Assembly (NCBI GenBank): GCA_963789955.1
Contig: CAWBMV010000001.1
Location: 32,001-96,000, forward strand
Direction of reading: 5' to 3'
DNA from: an uncultured Candidatus Rokubacteria bacterium
Lineage (GTDB): Bacteria; Methylomirabilota; Methylomirabilia; Rokubacteriales; CSP1-6
DNA length: 64,000 nt
Below are positions 21,906 through 30,296 of this stretch, in pieces. Position 1 is the first letter of the stretch. The number at the start of each line of letters is the position of its first letter. The translations under genes were made by a program, and so were the position numbers. The notes beneath the pieces were generated by a model, which searched no databases, was not told the DNA's origin, and saw only the letters and a program-made list of their open reading frames with translations.

Positions 21906-23845
21906 TGCCCGTGACCCGGTTCGACGTGAGACTTCGGCGTCCGCTGGCCGGCGGTGTGTCGTTCGGCGACGTCGGCCCCTACGAGGAGCTGAAAGGCACG
22001 CTTCGGTTCGCGATCGATCCCAAGAACGCCGCGAACGAGCGCATCACCGACGCCGCGCTGGCCCCGCGCGACCACGCGGGCCGCGTCGAGTTCGAGTCCG
22101 ACGTGTCGATCCTGCTGCCGGTCGACCCGCGGCGCTGCAGCGGTCGCGTCATGCTCGACGTGGTGAACCGGGGCAACACGGTCGCGGTCCCGAACTTCAA
22201 CCGCGCGACTCGTCCGACGTTCGTTCCGGGCGCCGATGCGGATCCTCCGGTCGATCCGGGCGACGGCTTCTTGATGCGACGTGGCTTCGTGGTGATCTCG
22301 TGCGGCTGGCAGATCGATCTGCCCGAGGTGCCCGGGCTTCTCGGCCTGCGCGGACCCGAAGCGCTCGACCCGAGCGGCAATCGCATCACCGGCCGCGTCT
22401 ACACCCAGCTCCAGACGCCGGCGCCGGCCACGCACCTCCTGCTCTCGGATCGCGGCCACCGCGCCTATCCGGCCGCCGATCTCGACGAGCGCGGCGCGGT
22501 GCTGCAGGTCCGCGACCAGCCCGACGGCGACGCGACCACGATCGAGCGCGGCCGCTGGCGCTTCGCCCGCGTCGCCGGCGGCGCGGTCGTGCCCGACGCG
22601 CGCTACGTCTGGCTCGAGGGCGGGTTCGAGAAGGGCCGCCTGTACCAGGTGGCCTATACGGCGGTCGGCGCGCCGGTCGTGGGGCTCGGCATCGCCGCGC
22701 TTCGCGACAGCGCCGCCTGGCTCAAGCATGGGACGGCGCACGAAGGAAACCCCGCGCCGGGCGTTCTGCGGTACGTGTACGCGTATGGCCGCTCGCAGAC
22801 CGGACGTCTGCTGCGCACGCTCGTCTACAACGATCTGAATCTCGACGAGCACGGCCGCGAAGCGCTCGACGGGATCATCGCGAACGTCGCCGGCGGTCTC
22901 CGCGGCGAGTTCAACCAGCGGTTCGGCCAGAACTCGAAGGACCGGCCGCACATGATGGACTACGTCCAGCCCGCCACCGACCAGGACCTGCACCGGCGGC
23001 TCGCGGCGCGCGCCAGCACCTTGAAGGTCTTCTACACGAACAGCTCGGCCGAATACCATCGCGGCGACGCCTCGCTCGCTCATACGAACGCCGAGGGGAC
23101 GCGCGATGTCCCGTCCGGTCCGTCGGCGCGCGTCTACCACTTTGCCGGGACCGAGCACGGTCTCGGCGTCTGGCCCCCGACGTCCGAGAAGATCGCCGCG
23201 GCCGATCCGTCCGAGCCGTCGGAGAACTCGCAGAACTTGAGAAATACGATCGACTACGCGCCGCTCCTGCGCGCGTGTCTCGTCAACATGGACCGCTGGG
23301 TCACCGAGGGGGTCGAGCCGCCGCCGAGCCGTCATCCGCGTCTCGCCGACGGGACCGCGGTGCCGTTCGAGGCGCTCCACGCGGTGTTCGATCGCATCCC
23401 CGGCGCCCACTATCCGCGCCACCACGCGCGACCGTGCCGGCTCGACTTCTCCGCGCTCCCGCCGCGGCCCGGCCCGGCGTGCGGCTCGCTCGTCTCGGCC
23501 GTCGACGCCGACGGCAACGAGACCGGCGGCATCGCGCTGCCGGAGGTCGCGGTGCCGCTCGGCGCCCACACCGGATGGACGCTCAGGCACGCGTCGATCG
23601 GCGGCGAGGCCCAGCGCCTGGTCTTCGCCGGCGCGACCATTCCGTTCGCCCGCACCCGTCGCGAGCGCGAAGCGAGCGGCGACCCGCGCCCGTCCATCGA
23701 GGAGCGCTATCGCTCGCGCGACGACTATCTCGAGCGCGTCCGCCGCGCCGGCCAGGCCCTCGTCGCGCAGCGCTTCATGCTCGACGAGGACGTCGAGCTG
23801 GCCGTCGGGCTCGCGGCGCGCGCGTGGGATCACTGGACCGCCTGA
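21905..23845 (+). CDS. alpha/beta hydrolase domain-containing protein
   Basis: FGDVGPYE, DVVNRG, YGRSQTGRLLR (GxSxxG), VDADGNETGGI, GDPRPSIEERY. Confidence 0.8.
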   Translation: MPVTRFDVRLRRPLAGGVSFGDVGPYEELKGTLRFAIDPKNAANERITDAALAPRDHAGRVEFESDVSILLPVDPRRCSGRVMLDVVNRGNTVAVPNFNRATRPTFVPGADADPPVDPGDGFLMRRGFVVISCGWQIDLPEVPGLLGLRGPEALDPSGNRITGRVYTQLQTPAPATHLLLSDRGHRAYPAADLDERGAVLQVRDQPDGDATTIERGRWRFARVAGGAVVPDARYVWLEGGFEKGRLYQVAYTAVGAPVVGLGIAALRDSAAWLKHGTAHEGNPAPGVLRYVYAYGRSQTGRLLRTLVYNDLNLDEHGREALDGIIANVAGGLRGEFNQRFGQNSKDRPHMMDYVQPATDQDLHRRLAARASTLKVFYTNSSAEYHRGDASLAHTNAEGTRDVPSGPSARVYHFAGTEHGLGVWPPTSEKIAAADPSEPSENSQNLRNTIDYAPLLRACLVNMDRWVTEGVEPPPSRHPRLADGTAVPFEALHAVFDRIPGAHYPRHHARPCRLDFSALPPRPGPACGSLVSAVDADGNETGGIALPEVAVPLGAHTGWTLRHASIGGEAQRLVFAGATIPFARTRREREASGDPRPSIEERYRSRDDYLERVRRAGQALVAQRFMLDEDVELAVGLAARAWDHWTA

Positions 23846-23899
23846 GCCGACGAGTCTGACCGGACGCCTCCGCGGCGTCCCTCCCTGCGGAGGAGCGAC

Positions 23900-24499
23900 A
23901 TGTCGTTCATCAACGAGATTCCGCTCGAGCAAGCCACCGGCGCCGTGCGAGACGCGTACGAGAGCGATCTGAAGGCGCTCGGCTACATCGCGAATTACAC
24001 GAAGGTGTTCGCGCTTCGGCCCCAGGTCCGGGCCGCCTGGGGCAATCTGATCCAGGCCATCCGGTCGACGATGGACCAGCGGCGGTACGAGCTGATCACG
24101 CTCGCGGCCGCCTCGCAGCTCCGGTGTAGCTACTGAATGCTCGCGCACGGAGCCGTGCTGCTCCGCAGCGGGATCTTCACGAACGAGCAGGTGAACGCGA
24201 TCGCCCGCGACTACCGTCAGGCCGGGCTCCCACCGGCCGAGGTCGCGATGATGGCGTTCGCGGAGCAGGTCACGGCCCGTGCGAACACCGTGACCCGCGA
24301 GGACGTCGAAGGACTGCGCGGCCACGGATTCTCCGACACCGAGATCCTGGACATCGCGCTGACCGCCGCCGCGCGCTGCTTCTTCAGCAAGGTGCTCGAC
24401 GGCGTCGGTGCGGCCCCCGACGACGCCTACATGGCTCTCGACGAGCGCGTGCGTCAGACCCTGGCGAAGGGCCGTCCGTTCACCGGCAGCGCCACCTGA
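23900..24499 (+). CDS. AhpD/carboxymuconolactone decarboxylase-like peroxidase-related protein with in-frame TGA (probable selenocysteine, CxxU)
   Basis: ORFs 23900-24136 and 24137-24499 are in frame and join as ...RYELITLAAASQLRCSY*MLAHGAVL..., so TGA occupies the second Cys of CxxCxxxH. GGAG SD upstream. Confidence 0.8.
24140..24172 (+). promoter_or_regulatory. putative bacterial SECIS stem-loop
   Basis: Lower stem CUCGC/GCGGG, upper stem CGGAGC/GCUCCG, apical loop CGUGCU starting after a 17-nt spacer from the UGA. Folded by eye. Confidence 0.55.
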
Positions 24500-24530
24500 C
24501 CGAGCGATACGACAGAGAAAGGACACGACC

Positions 24531-24941
24531 ATGACGGTGACCCGCAAGAACATCCAGCCGGACGCGCTCGCGGCGCCGGTCCGAAACGGCCACACCTTGT
24601 ACTCCCACGTCGTCGCGGTCGAGGGCCGGCGCCTCGTCTTCGTCGCCGGCCAGCTCGCGCGAGACCGGGCCGGTAACGTCGTGGGCAAAGGCGACATGCG
24701 CGCCCAGATTCGTCAGGTCGGCGAGAACATCAAGGCGGCGCTGACGACCGCGGGCGCGACGCTCGGCGACATCGTGAAGACCAATACCTACGTGACCGAT
24801 ATGGACGAGTACTTCAAGCACGTCGATGTCCGCATGGAGTATTTCGGGCCGGCGCTTCCGACCAGCACCACCGTCGAGGTGCGACGGCTGGCCCATCCCG
24901 ACTTTCTGGTCGAAGTCGAGGTGGTCGCGATGCTCGGCTAG
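24531..24941 (+). CDS. RidA/YjgF family protein
   Basis: YSHVV, FVAGQL, PTSTTVEVRRLAHPDFLVEVE. Confidence 0.88.
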   Translation: MTVTRKNIQPDALAAPVRNGHTLYSHVVAVEGRRLVFVAGQLARDRAGNVVGKGDMRAQIRQVGENIKAALTTAGATLGDIVKTNTYVTDMDEYFKHVDVRMEYFGPALPTSTTVEVRRLAHPDFLVEVEVVAMLG

Positions 24942-24959
24942 CGCGACTGCGGCGGCGCT

Positions 24960-25592
24960 TCAGGGCTGCAGACGTGTCGAGCGCCAGGCGCCACCGCTGA
25001 AACCGTCGCCTTGCGGCGTCAGCGCGCGCGACCACCGCGCTCGATCGTGGGCGCGCGCCGGCTGGCCTACCCAGAGCTCGACGCGCTCGGCCCACACGCG
25101 ATAGCCGCCCCAGCGCTTGGGGCGCGGAATGTCGTCTCCGCTGCGCTTGGCCTCCTGCTCGACCTTCGCGAGAAATGCCGCGCGTGATTCGATCGGCCGG
25201 CTCTGGTTGCTCGCGGCGGCCGCCACACGCGCATCGCGCGGTCGCGAATTCCAGTAGGCGTCGGAGTCCGAGTCGGGCGCGAAGGTGACGGGCCCCTCGA
25301 CGCGCGCCTGCCGCTCGTGGGCATCCCAGTTGAAGACCAGCGCCGCGTAGGGGTTGACGTCGAGCGCCTTGCCCTTGGCGCTCTCGCGGTCGGTGTAAAA
25401 GACGATCCAGCCCGCGCGGACGTCGATGCCGCGACAGATCACCATGCGCGCCGTGGGACGACCTTCGGGATCGACGGTCGCCAGTGTCATCGCGTGCGCA
25501 TTCCGGATGTCGGCGAAGGCGTCCTTCAGCCAGCCATCGAGGAGCGGCATCGGATCCGGCGGAAGCTCGACGGGCAGAGCGGGCTTGGGAAT
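24960..25592 (-). CDS. pdxH: pyridoxamine 5'-phosphate oxidase; start uncertain (ATT 25592 or ATG 25550)
   Basis: AMTLATVD, RMV, FYTDRESAKG, RQARVEG, WGGYRV, ELWVGQPARAHDR. Confidence 0.85.
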   Translation of the reverse strand: MPKPALPVELPPDPMPLLDGWLKDAFADIRNAHAMTLATVDPEGRPTARMVICRGIDVRAGWIVFYTDRESAKGKALDVNPYAALVFNWDAHERQARVEGPVTFAPDSDSDAYWNSRPRDARVAAAASNQSRPIESRAAFLAKVEQEAKRSGDDIPRPKRWGGYRVWAERVELWVGQPARAHDRARWSRALTPQGDGFSGGAWRSTRLQP

Positions 25593-25620
25593 GCCAGGCC
25601 TCCTGGGCGGATACCCTACT

Positions 25621-26035
25621 TCATTGGCCTGGGGGCCGCTGCCGATTCACCAGGGTGGCGACGACGTGAACGATGTCCGTCGGGTCGATTGGCTTTCGCA
25701 GGAACACGTTGAACCCCGCAGCGCGCGCCTCGCGCACCCCGAAGCGTTCCGAGAAGAACGTCACGGCAATCGCCGGGACGTCGTGACCCCGTCGCGCGCG
25801 CTCGCACCCATCGGATGAACTCGAGCCCGTTCTCGCCGGGCAACCCGAGGTCGCACACGATGATGTCGACGTCCGTGGCGCCCAGGAGTTCGCGGGCCTC
25901 CGGGGCGGAACCGGCGGCGAGCACGAGAGCGCCGAAGGGCTCGAGGGCGGCGATGAGAAGCTGTACCGAATCGTGGTGGTCGTCGACCACCAGGGCGGTG
26001 ATTCCGGAGAGAGCTGGTCGCTCCACGGCGCTCAT
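25621..26035 (-). CDS. response regulator receiver; frameshift near 25790
   Basis: LVVDDH, VCDLGLPGENG. Second frame gives PAIAVT...AGFNVFLRKPIDP. Confidence 0.75.
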
Positions 26036-26173
26036 GAATCCGTTCGCCTCACTGTGTCGTCGGCTGGTTCACGTCATGGCACGCCACGCGGGATCCAACG
26101 AGCGATGAAGGCCGACGAACAGCGGCTCGGCGGAATGCGGGGCGGCTCGGCTAGCTACCGAGCGACGCGAAGG

Positions 26174-26479
26174 TCAGTGGTCGTCGGAGGATTCGGGAGC
26201 GGGCGGCGGCGAGACCGCGACATACGCGCGCGGCGCGTAGCGGTCGAGGCGGGCGCGGGGCGGCGCGGCCGCGATCATGCGGCGCGCGATCGGCTCGAGG
26301 ACTTCGCGAACCGGGAGTAGGGCGCGCATCACCGGCGAGGCCGGCACCGGCATGGCCGGCCTCGCCTCGGTGCTCTCGACGAAGAACGAATCGGCGTTGT
26401 CGAACGAGAAGACGCCGGGCACGAGAGGATCGCAATAGTCCGCGGTCAGGTACAGCTGGACCGCCAGGACCAGGATCCT
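26174..26479 (-). CDS. small hypothetical protein (start unclear)
   Basis: Open frame RILVLAVQLYLTADYCDPLVPGVFSFD...SSDDH with a hydrophobic N-terminus. Confidence 0.4.
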   Translation of the reverse strand, partial: RILVLAVQLYLTADYCDPLVPGVFSFDNADSFFVESTEARPAMPVPASPVMRALLPVREVLEPIARRMIAAAPPRARLDRYAPRAYVAVSPPPAPESSDDH

Positions 26480-26490
26480 CTAGAGCAAGC

Positions 26491-27579
26491 TCAGTAGCCG
26501 TCCTCGTCCAGGAGCGGAAACGCGCTGGTCACGTGCGCGGGACGGACCGGCGACGCCGGGTGCAGATAGGACGAGTCGAGCGCCGAGAGCCGGTTGACCC
26601 CGAGAAGACCGAGGCAGATCCGGATCTCTTCTTCCAGGAGCTCGAAGACCCGGACGAGACCGGCCTGCCCGGCGGCGGCGAGCCCGCAGCAGGAAAGGCG
26701 GCCCAGCCCCACCGCCTGCGCGCCGAGCGCGATCGCCTTGACGACGTCGGTGCCTCGCATGAACGCGCCGTCGACGATGACCGTCGCGCGTCCGTTCACG
26801 GCCGCGACCACCTCGGGCAGCACGTCGGTGCTGCCGCGCCCGTGATCGAGCTGGCGACCGCCGTGGTTGGACACGTAGACGCCGTCGACGCCGTGATCGC
26901 ACGCGAGGGCCGCGTCTTCCGCGGTGGCGATGCCCTTGAGGATCAGCGGGATGTTGTGGAGGTCCTTGAACCGCTTCACGTGGTCCCAGTTGAGCGCGGC
27001 CTGAAACTCCTGGCCGGTGGCGCGCGCGCGCCAGGGCTTGACGAAGCGCCGGGCCAGATCGCGCTCGCGCCGACTGTACGTGGCCGTGTCGACCGTGAGG
27101 CAGAACGCGGCGTAGCCGTTGTCCTGCGCGCGCTTCACGTGCTCGTCGACCCACGCGTCGTCGCCCCGGACGTAGAGCTGGAAGATGCGGAAGTTGTCGG
27201 CCGCGGCGGCGACCGCCTCGAGCCCGGGGTTGCAGACCGAGCTCAGCATCTGCGGCACCTCGAATTCGGCGGAGGCCTTGGCGGCGGTGGCGCCGCCGCC
27301 GGGCTCGAAGCTCTCGACCGAGCCGACCGGGGCGATCATGACGGGGATCCGCACCTTGCGGCCGAACAACGTCGACGTGCTGTCGATCTTGGAGACGTTG
27401 CGCAGCACGCGCGGCCGGAAGGCGATCGAGTCGAGAGCCTGCCGATTGCGCCGCAAGGTGGTCTCGGTCTCGGTGCCGCCCGCGAGGTAATCCCACGGTC
27501 CCGGCGCCAGCGCGAGCTTCGCGGCACGCACGATCTCGTGAAGGGTCTGGAACCGGCTCTCGAGGTTTGAGGGTGACAT
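26491..27579 (-). CDS. FMN-dependent alpha-hydroxy-acid oxidase/dehydrogenase
   Basis: FRPRVLRNVS, LTVD, LILKGI, VSNHGGRQLD, DGAFMRGTDVVKAIALGA. Confidence 0.92.
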   Translation of the reverse strand: MSPSNLESRFQTLHEIVRAAKLALAPGPWDYLAGGTETETTLRRNRQALDSIAFRPRVLRNVSKIDSTSTLFGRKVRIPVMIAPVGSVESFEPGGGATAAKASAEFEVPQMLSSVCNPGLEAVAAAADNFRIFQLYVRGDDAWVDEHVKRAQDNGYAAFCLTVDTATYSRRERDLARRFVKPWRARATGQEFQAALNWDHVKRFKDLHNIPLILKGIATAEDAALACDHGVDGVYVSNHGGRQLDHGRGSTDVLPEVVAAVNGRATVIVDGAFMRGTDVVKAIALGAQAVGLGRLSCCGLAAAGQAGLVRVFELLEEEIRICLGLLGVNRLSALDSSYLHPASPVRPAHVTSAFPLLDEDGY

Positions 27580-27603
27580 GCGCGTCGGTCTCCTGTCGCT
27601 CTC

Positions 27604-28992
27604 CTACAGCGAGGGGTGGCGTTTGTGCCAGTCGGTGGCCTGCTCGTAGGTGTGGCCCACGCGCAGCACGGTGGTCTCGTCGAACGCGCGTCCGGTGATC
27701 TGGATCGAGATCGGCAGCCCCTCCGCGGTGAAGCCGGACGGCACCGCCAGCGAGGGGAGTCCGGTCATGTTGAACGGTCCGGTGTTGCCGCGCGGGAATC
27801 CGTACTCGGGATCGTAGACCGCGGTGAACGTCGGCGCCGGCTTCGGGCTGGTCGGCGTCGCGAGCACGTCCACGCGCCGGAGCACGGCGTTCATGTCGGC
27901 CTGCAGGCGCGTACGAAGACGCTGCGCCTGCACGTACTCCGAGCCCGTGATGAGACCGCCCGCGAGCAGACGCTCGCGCAGCATCTCGCCGAACAGCTCG
28001 GGATGCTCGCGCAGGTCGCGCTCGTGATAGGCGAACGCCTCGGTGAGCATGATCGCCATGAAGGCGCCGGCCGACTGGATGCTCGGGATCTGGACGTCCT
28101 CGACGGAGGCGCCGAGCTGACGCAACGTCGCGAGCGCCTGCTCGAAGGCTTTCTCGACCTCGGGGTCGACGCCCTCGAAGAAGTACTCGCGCGGCACGCC
28201 GACGCGCAGCCCGCGGACGCCGCGGCCGAGCGGCGCCACGTAGTCGGGGACGGGCTCGCGACTCGACGCGGCATCCGTCGCGTCGTAGCCGGCGAGCGCC
28301 TGCAGCAAGTACGCGCAGTCCTCGACCGTCCGCGCCATCGGGCCCGTGTGGTCGAGCGTCCACGAGAGCGTCAACACGCCGCTTCGACTGCAGCGACCGT
28401 AGGTCGGCTTGAGCCCGGCGATGCCGCAGAGCGACGCCGGCCCGCGAATCGAGCCGCCGGTGTCCGAGCCGAGCGCGCCGAACGCCATACCGGCCGCGAG
28501 GGCGGCCCCCGAGCCGCTCGACGATCCGCCGGGCATGCGCTGGAGGTCCCACGGATTGCGCGCGGCGAGATAGCGGTGCCCCGGGAACTGGATGCCGAAG
28601 GCGAACTCGTGCGTGATGAGCTTGCCCAGCATGACCGCGCCGGCGCGCTGAAGCCGCGCCACGCAGGTCGAGTCCTCGTCGGGAATCCAGTTCGCGAGCA
28701 GCGCCGAGCCGCCCGTGGTGAGGATGCCGCGCGTCGCGTAGATGTCCTTGTAGCCGAGCGGGATGCCCAGCAGCGGGCTCGAGATATCGCCGCGGCCGAG
28801 CGCGGTCTCGGCGGCCTTGGCGTCGGCCAGCGCCCGGTCGGCGGTCACGGTCACGAACGCGTGGAGCTTGGGATCGAGCTGCTCGATCCGCTCGAGGTGC
28901 GCGCGCGTCAGCTCGACCGGCGAGATCGCGCGGCGCCGGAGACGCGAGCCGATGTCGCGAATCGTCGCGTAGAAGAGCTCCTCACTGGCCAT
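27604..28992 (-). CDS. amidase signature family protein (GatA/AtzE-like)
   Basis: KDIY, PGGSSSGSGAA, GSDTGGSIRGPA. Confidence 0.9.
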   Translation of the reverse strand: MASEELFYATIRDIGSRLRRRAISPVELTRAHLERIEQLDPKLHAFVTVTADRALADAKAAETALGRGDISSPLLGIPLGYKDIYATRGILTTGGSALLANWIPDEDSTCVARLQRAGAVMLGKLITHEFAFGIQFPGHRYLAARNPWDLQRMPGGSSSGSGAALAAGMAFGALGSDTGGSIRGPASLCGIAGLKPTYGRCSRSGVLTLSWTLDHTGPMARTVEDCAYLLQALAGYDATDAASSREPVPDYVAPLGRGVRGLRVGVPREYFFEGVDPEVEKAFEQALATLRQLGASVEDVQIPSIQSAGAFMAIMLTEAFAYHERDLREHPELFGEMLRERLLAGGLITGSEYVQAQRLRTRLQADMNAVLRRVDVLATPTSPKPAPTFTAVYDPEYGFPRGNTGPFNMTGLPSLAVPSGFTAEGLPISIQITGRAFDETTVLRVGHTYEQATDWHKRHPSL

Positions 28993-29176
28993 GATCGCCT
29001 CGCGAGCGCACGGTATCGAACGTGACGGCGGGCTCGAGGGTGCGGTGCGCCCGCGAGTCCATCGCATGGATCGGCCGGAGCGCGTCGGTCAGGAGCCGGC
29101 GCACGACCTCGAGCCGGTTCTCGGCGATCTCGACTCGGGCCGCTTTCATGCGGTCGCGAAGCTCTTCCAGGGTCAT
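28982..29176 (-). CDS. small amidase-associated protein (GatC/AtzG-like position and size)
   Basis: 64-aa ORF with GGGAGG SD, overlapping the amidase start, with a C-terminal EPAVTF motif. Confidence 0.6.
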   Translation of the reverse strand: MTLEELRDRMKAARVEIAENRLEVVRRLLTDALRPIHAMDSRAHRTLEPAVTFDTVRSRGDHGQ

Positions 29177-29219
29177 AGCCATCCTCCCGTGTGGGAGAAT
29201 ACCGCGACCTCGGTGCCAA

Positions 29220-29247
29220 GGGGAGGGGCGATTGGGGAGGGGCGATT
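29220..29247 (+). repeat. perfect 14-nt tandem duplication (GGGGAGGGGCGATT x2) spanning the RBS
   Basis: Directly visible; contains four G4 tracts. Confidence 0.8.
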
Positions 29248-29248
29248 G

Positions 29249-30286
29249 ATGACGCGCGCGCGCCGGTTCCTGATTCCGGTGGTGCTCTTCGCCGTCGGCG
29301 CGCTGACGGCGCCCGCCGGTGTCCTCGCCCAGGGAAGCCTGAACGTCTATTGCAGCGTCCAGGCCGAGTGGTGCCAGGCCGTCGCGAACGAGTTCCAGCG
29401 CCAGACCGGCATTCGGGTCGCGCTCACCCTGAAGGGCTCGGGTGAAACCTTCGCGCAGGTCAGCGCCGAGGCCGCAAACCCGAAAGGCGACGTCTGGTTC
29501 GGTGGCACCGGCGATCCTCATCTGGCGGCGGCCGAGCAGAATCTGACCATCGCCTACAAGTCGCCGAACCTCGACAAGCTGCACGACTGGGCGCGCCGCC
29601 AGGCCGAGCAGTCCGGCTACAAGACCGTGGGGATCTATGCGGGGGCGCTCGGGTTCGGCTATAACCCCGAGCTCCTGCAGAAAAAGAAGCTCGCCCCGCC
29701 GATGTGCTGGAAAGACCTGATCAAGTCGGACTACAAGGACGAGATCCAGATTGCGAACCCGAACTCGTCGGGAACGGCGTACACGGCCATCGCCACGATC
29801 GTGCAGCTCTTCGGTGAGGACGAGGCGTTCCGCTACCTGCGGCAGCTTCACCGCAACATCAACCAGTACACGCGGTCGGGCGTGGGCCCGATCAAGGCGG
29901 TTGCACGCGGCGAGACCTCGGTCAGCATCAGCTTCATGCACGACGGCGTCACCGAGGCGCTCGCCGGCTTCCCCGTGAAGATCCAGGCGCCGTGCGAGGG
30001 CACCGGCTATGAGGTCGGATCGCTCAGCATCATCAAGGGCACGCGCAATCTCGAGGGTTCGAAGAAGTTCGTCGACTGGGCGTTGACGCCGCAGGCGCAG
30101 AAGCTCGGCGCCGACTCCAAGCAGTTCCAGGTGCCGTCGAACCGAGAGGCTCAGCTGCCGCCGCAGGCGCCGCGGTTCGCCGACGTCAAGCTGATCAACT
30201 ACGACTTCGCGAAGTACGGCTCGAGCGCCGAGCGCAAGCGCTTGCTCGAGCGGTGGGAGCGAGAAGTCAACAGCCAGCCGAAGTAG
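29249..30286 (+). CDS. ABC transporter substrate-binding protein (AfuA/FbpA-like; Fe3+ or sugar-phosphate)
   Basis: NPKGDVWFGGTGDPH, ANPNSSGTAY, PCEGTGYEVG. Confidence 0.88.
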   Translation: MTRARRFLIPVVLFAVGALTAPAGVLAQGSLNVYCSVQAEWCQAVANEFQRQTGIRVALTLKGSGETFAQVSAEAANPKGDVWFGGTGDPHLAAAEQNLTIAYKSPNLDKLHDWARRQAEQSGYKTVGIYAGALGFGYNPELLQKKKLAPPMCWKDLIKSDYKDEIQIANPNSSGTAYTAIATIVQLFGEDEAFRYLRQLHRNINQYTRSGVGPIKAVARGETSVSISFMHDGVTEALAGFPVKIQAPCEGTGYEVGSLSIIKGTRNLEGSKKFVDWALTPQAQKLGADSKQFQVPSNREAQLPPQAPRFADVKLINYDFAKYGSSAERKRLLERWEREVNSQPK

Positions 30287-30296
30287 GCGCGGCGCC

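Noticed and set aside
27604..28992. gatA of GatCAB
   Set aside because: No gatB nearby, and the context is catabolic.
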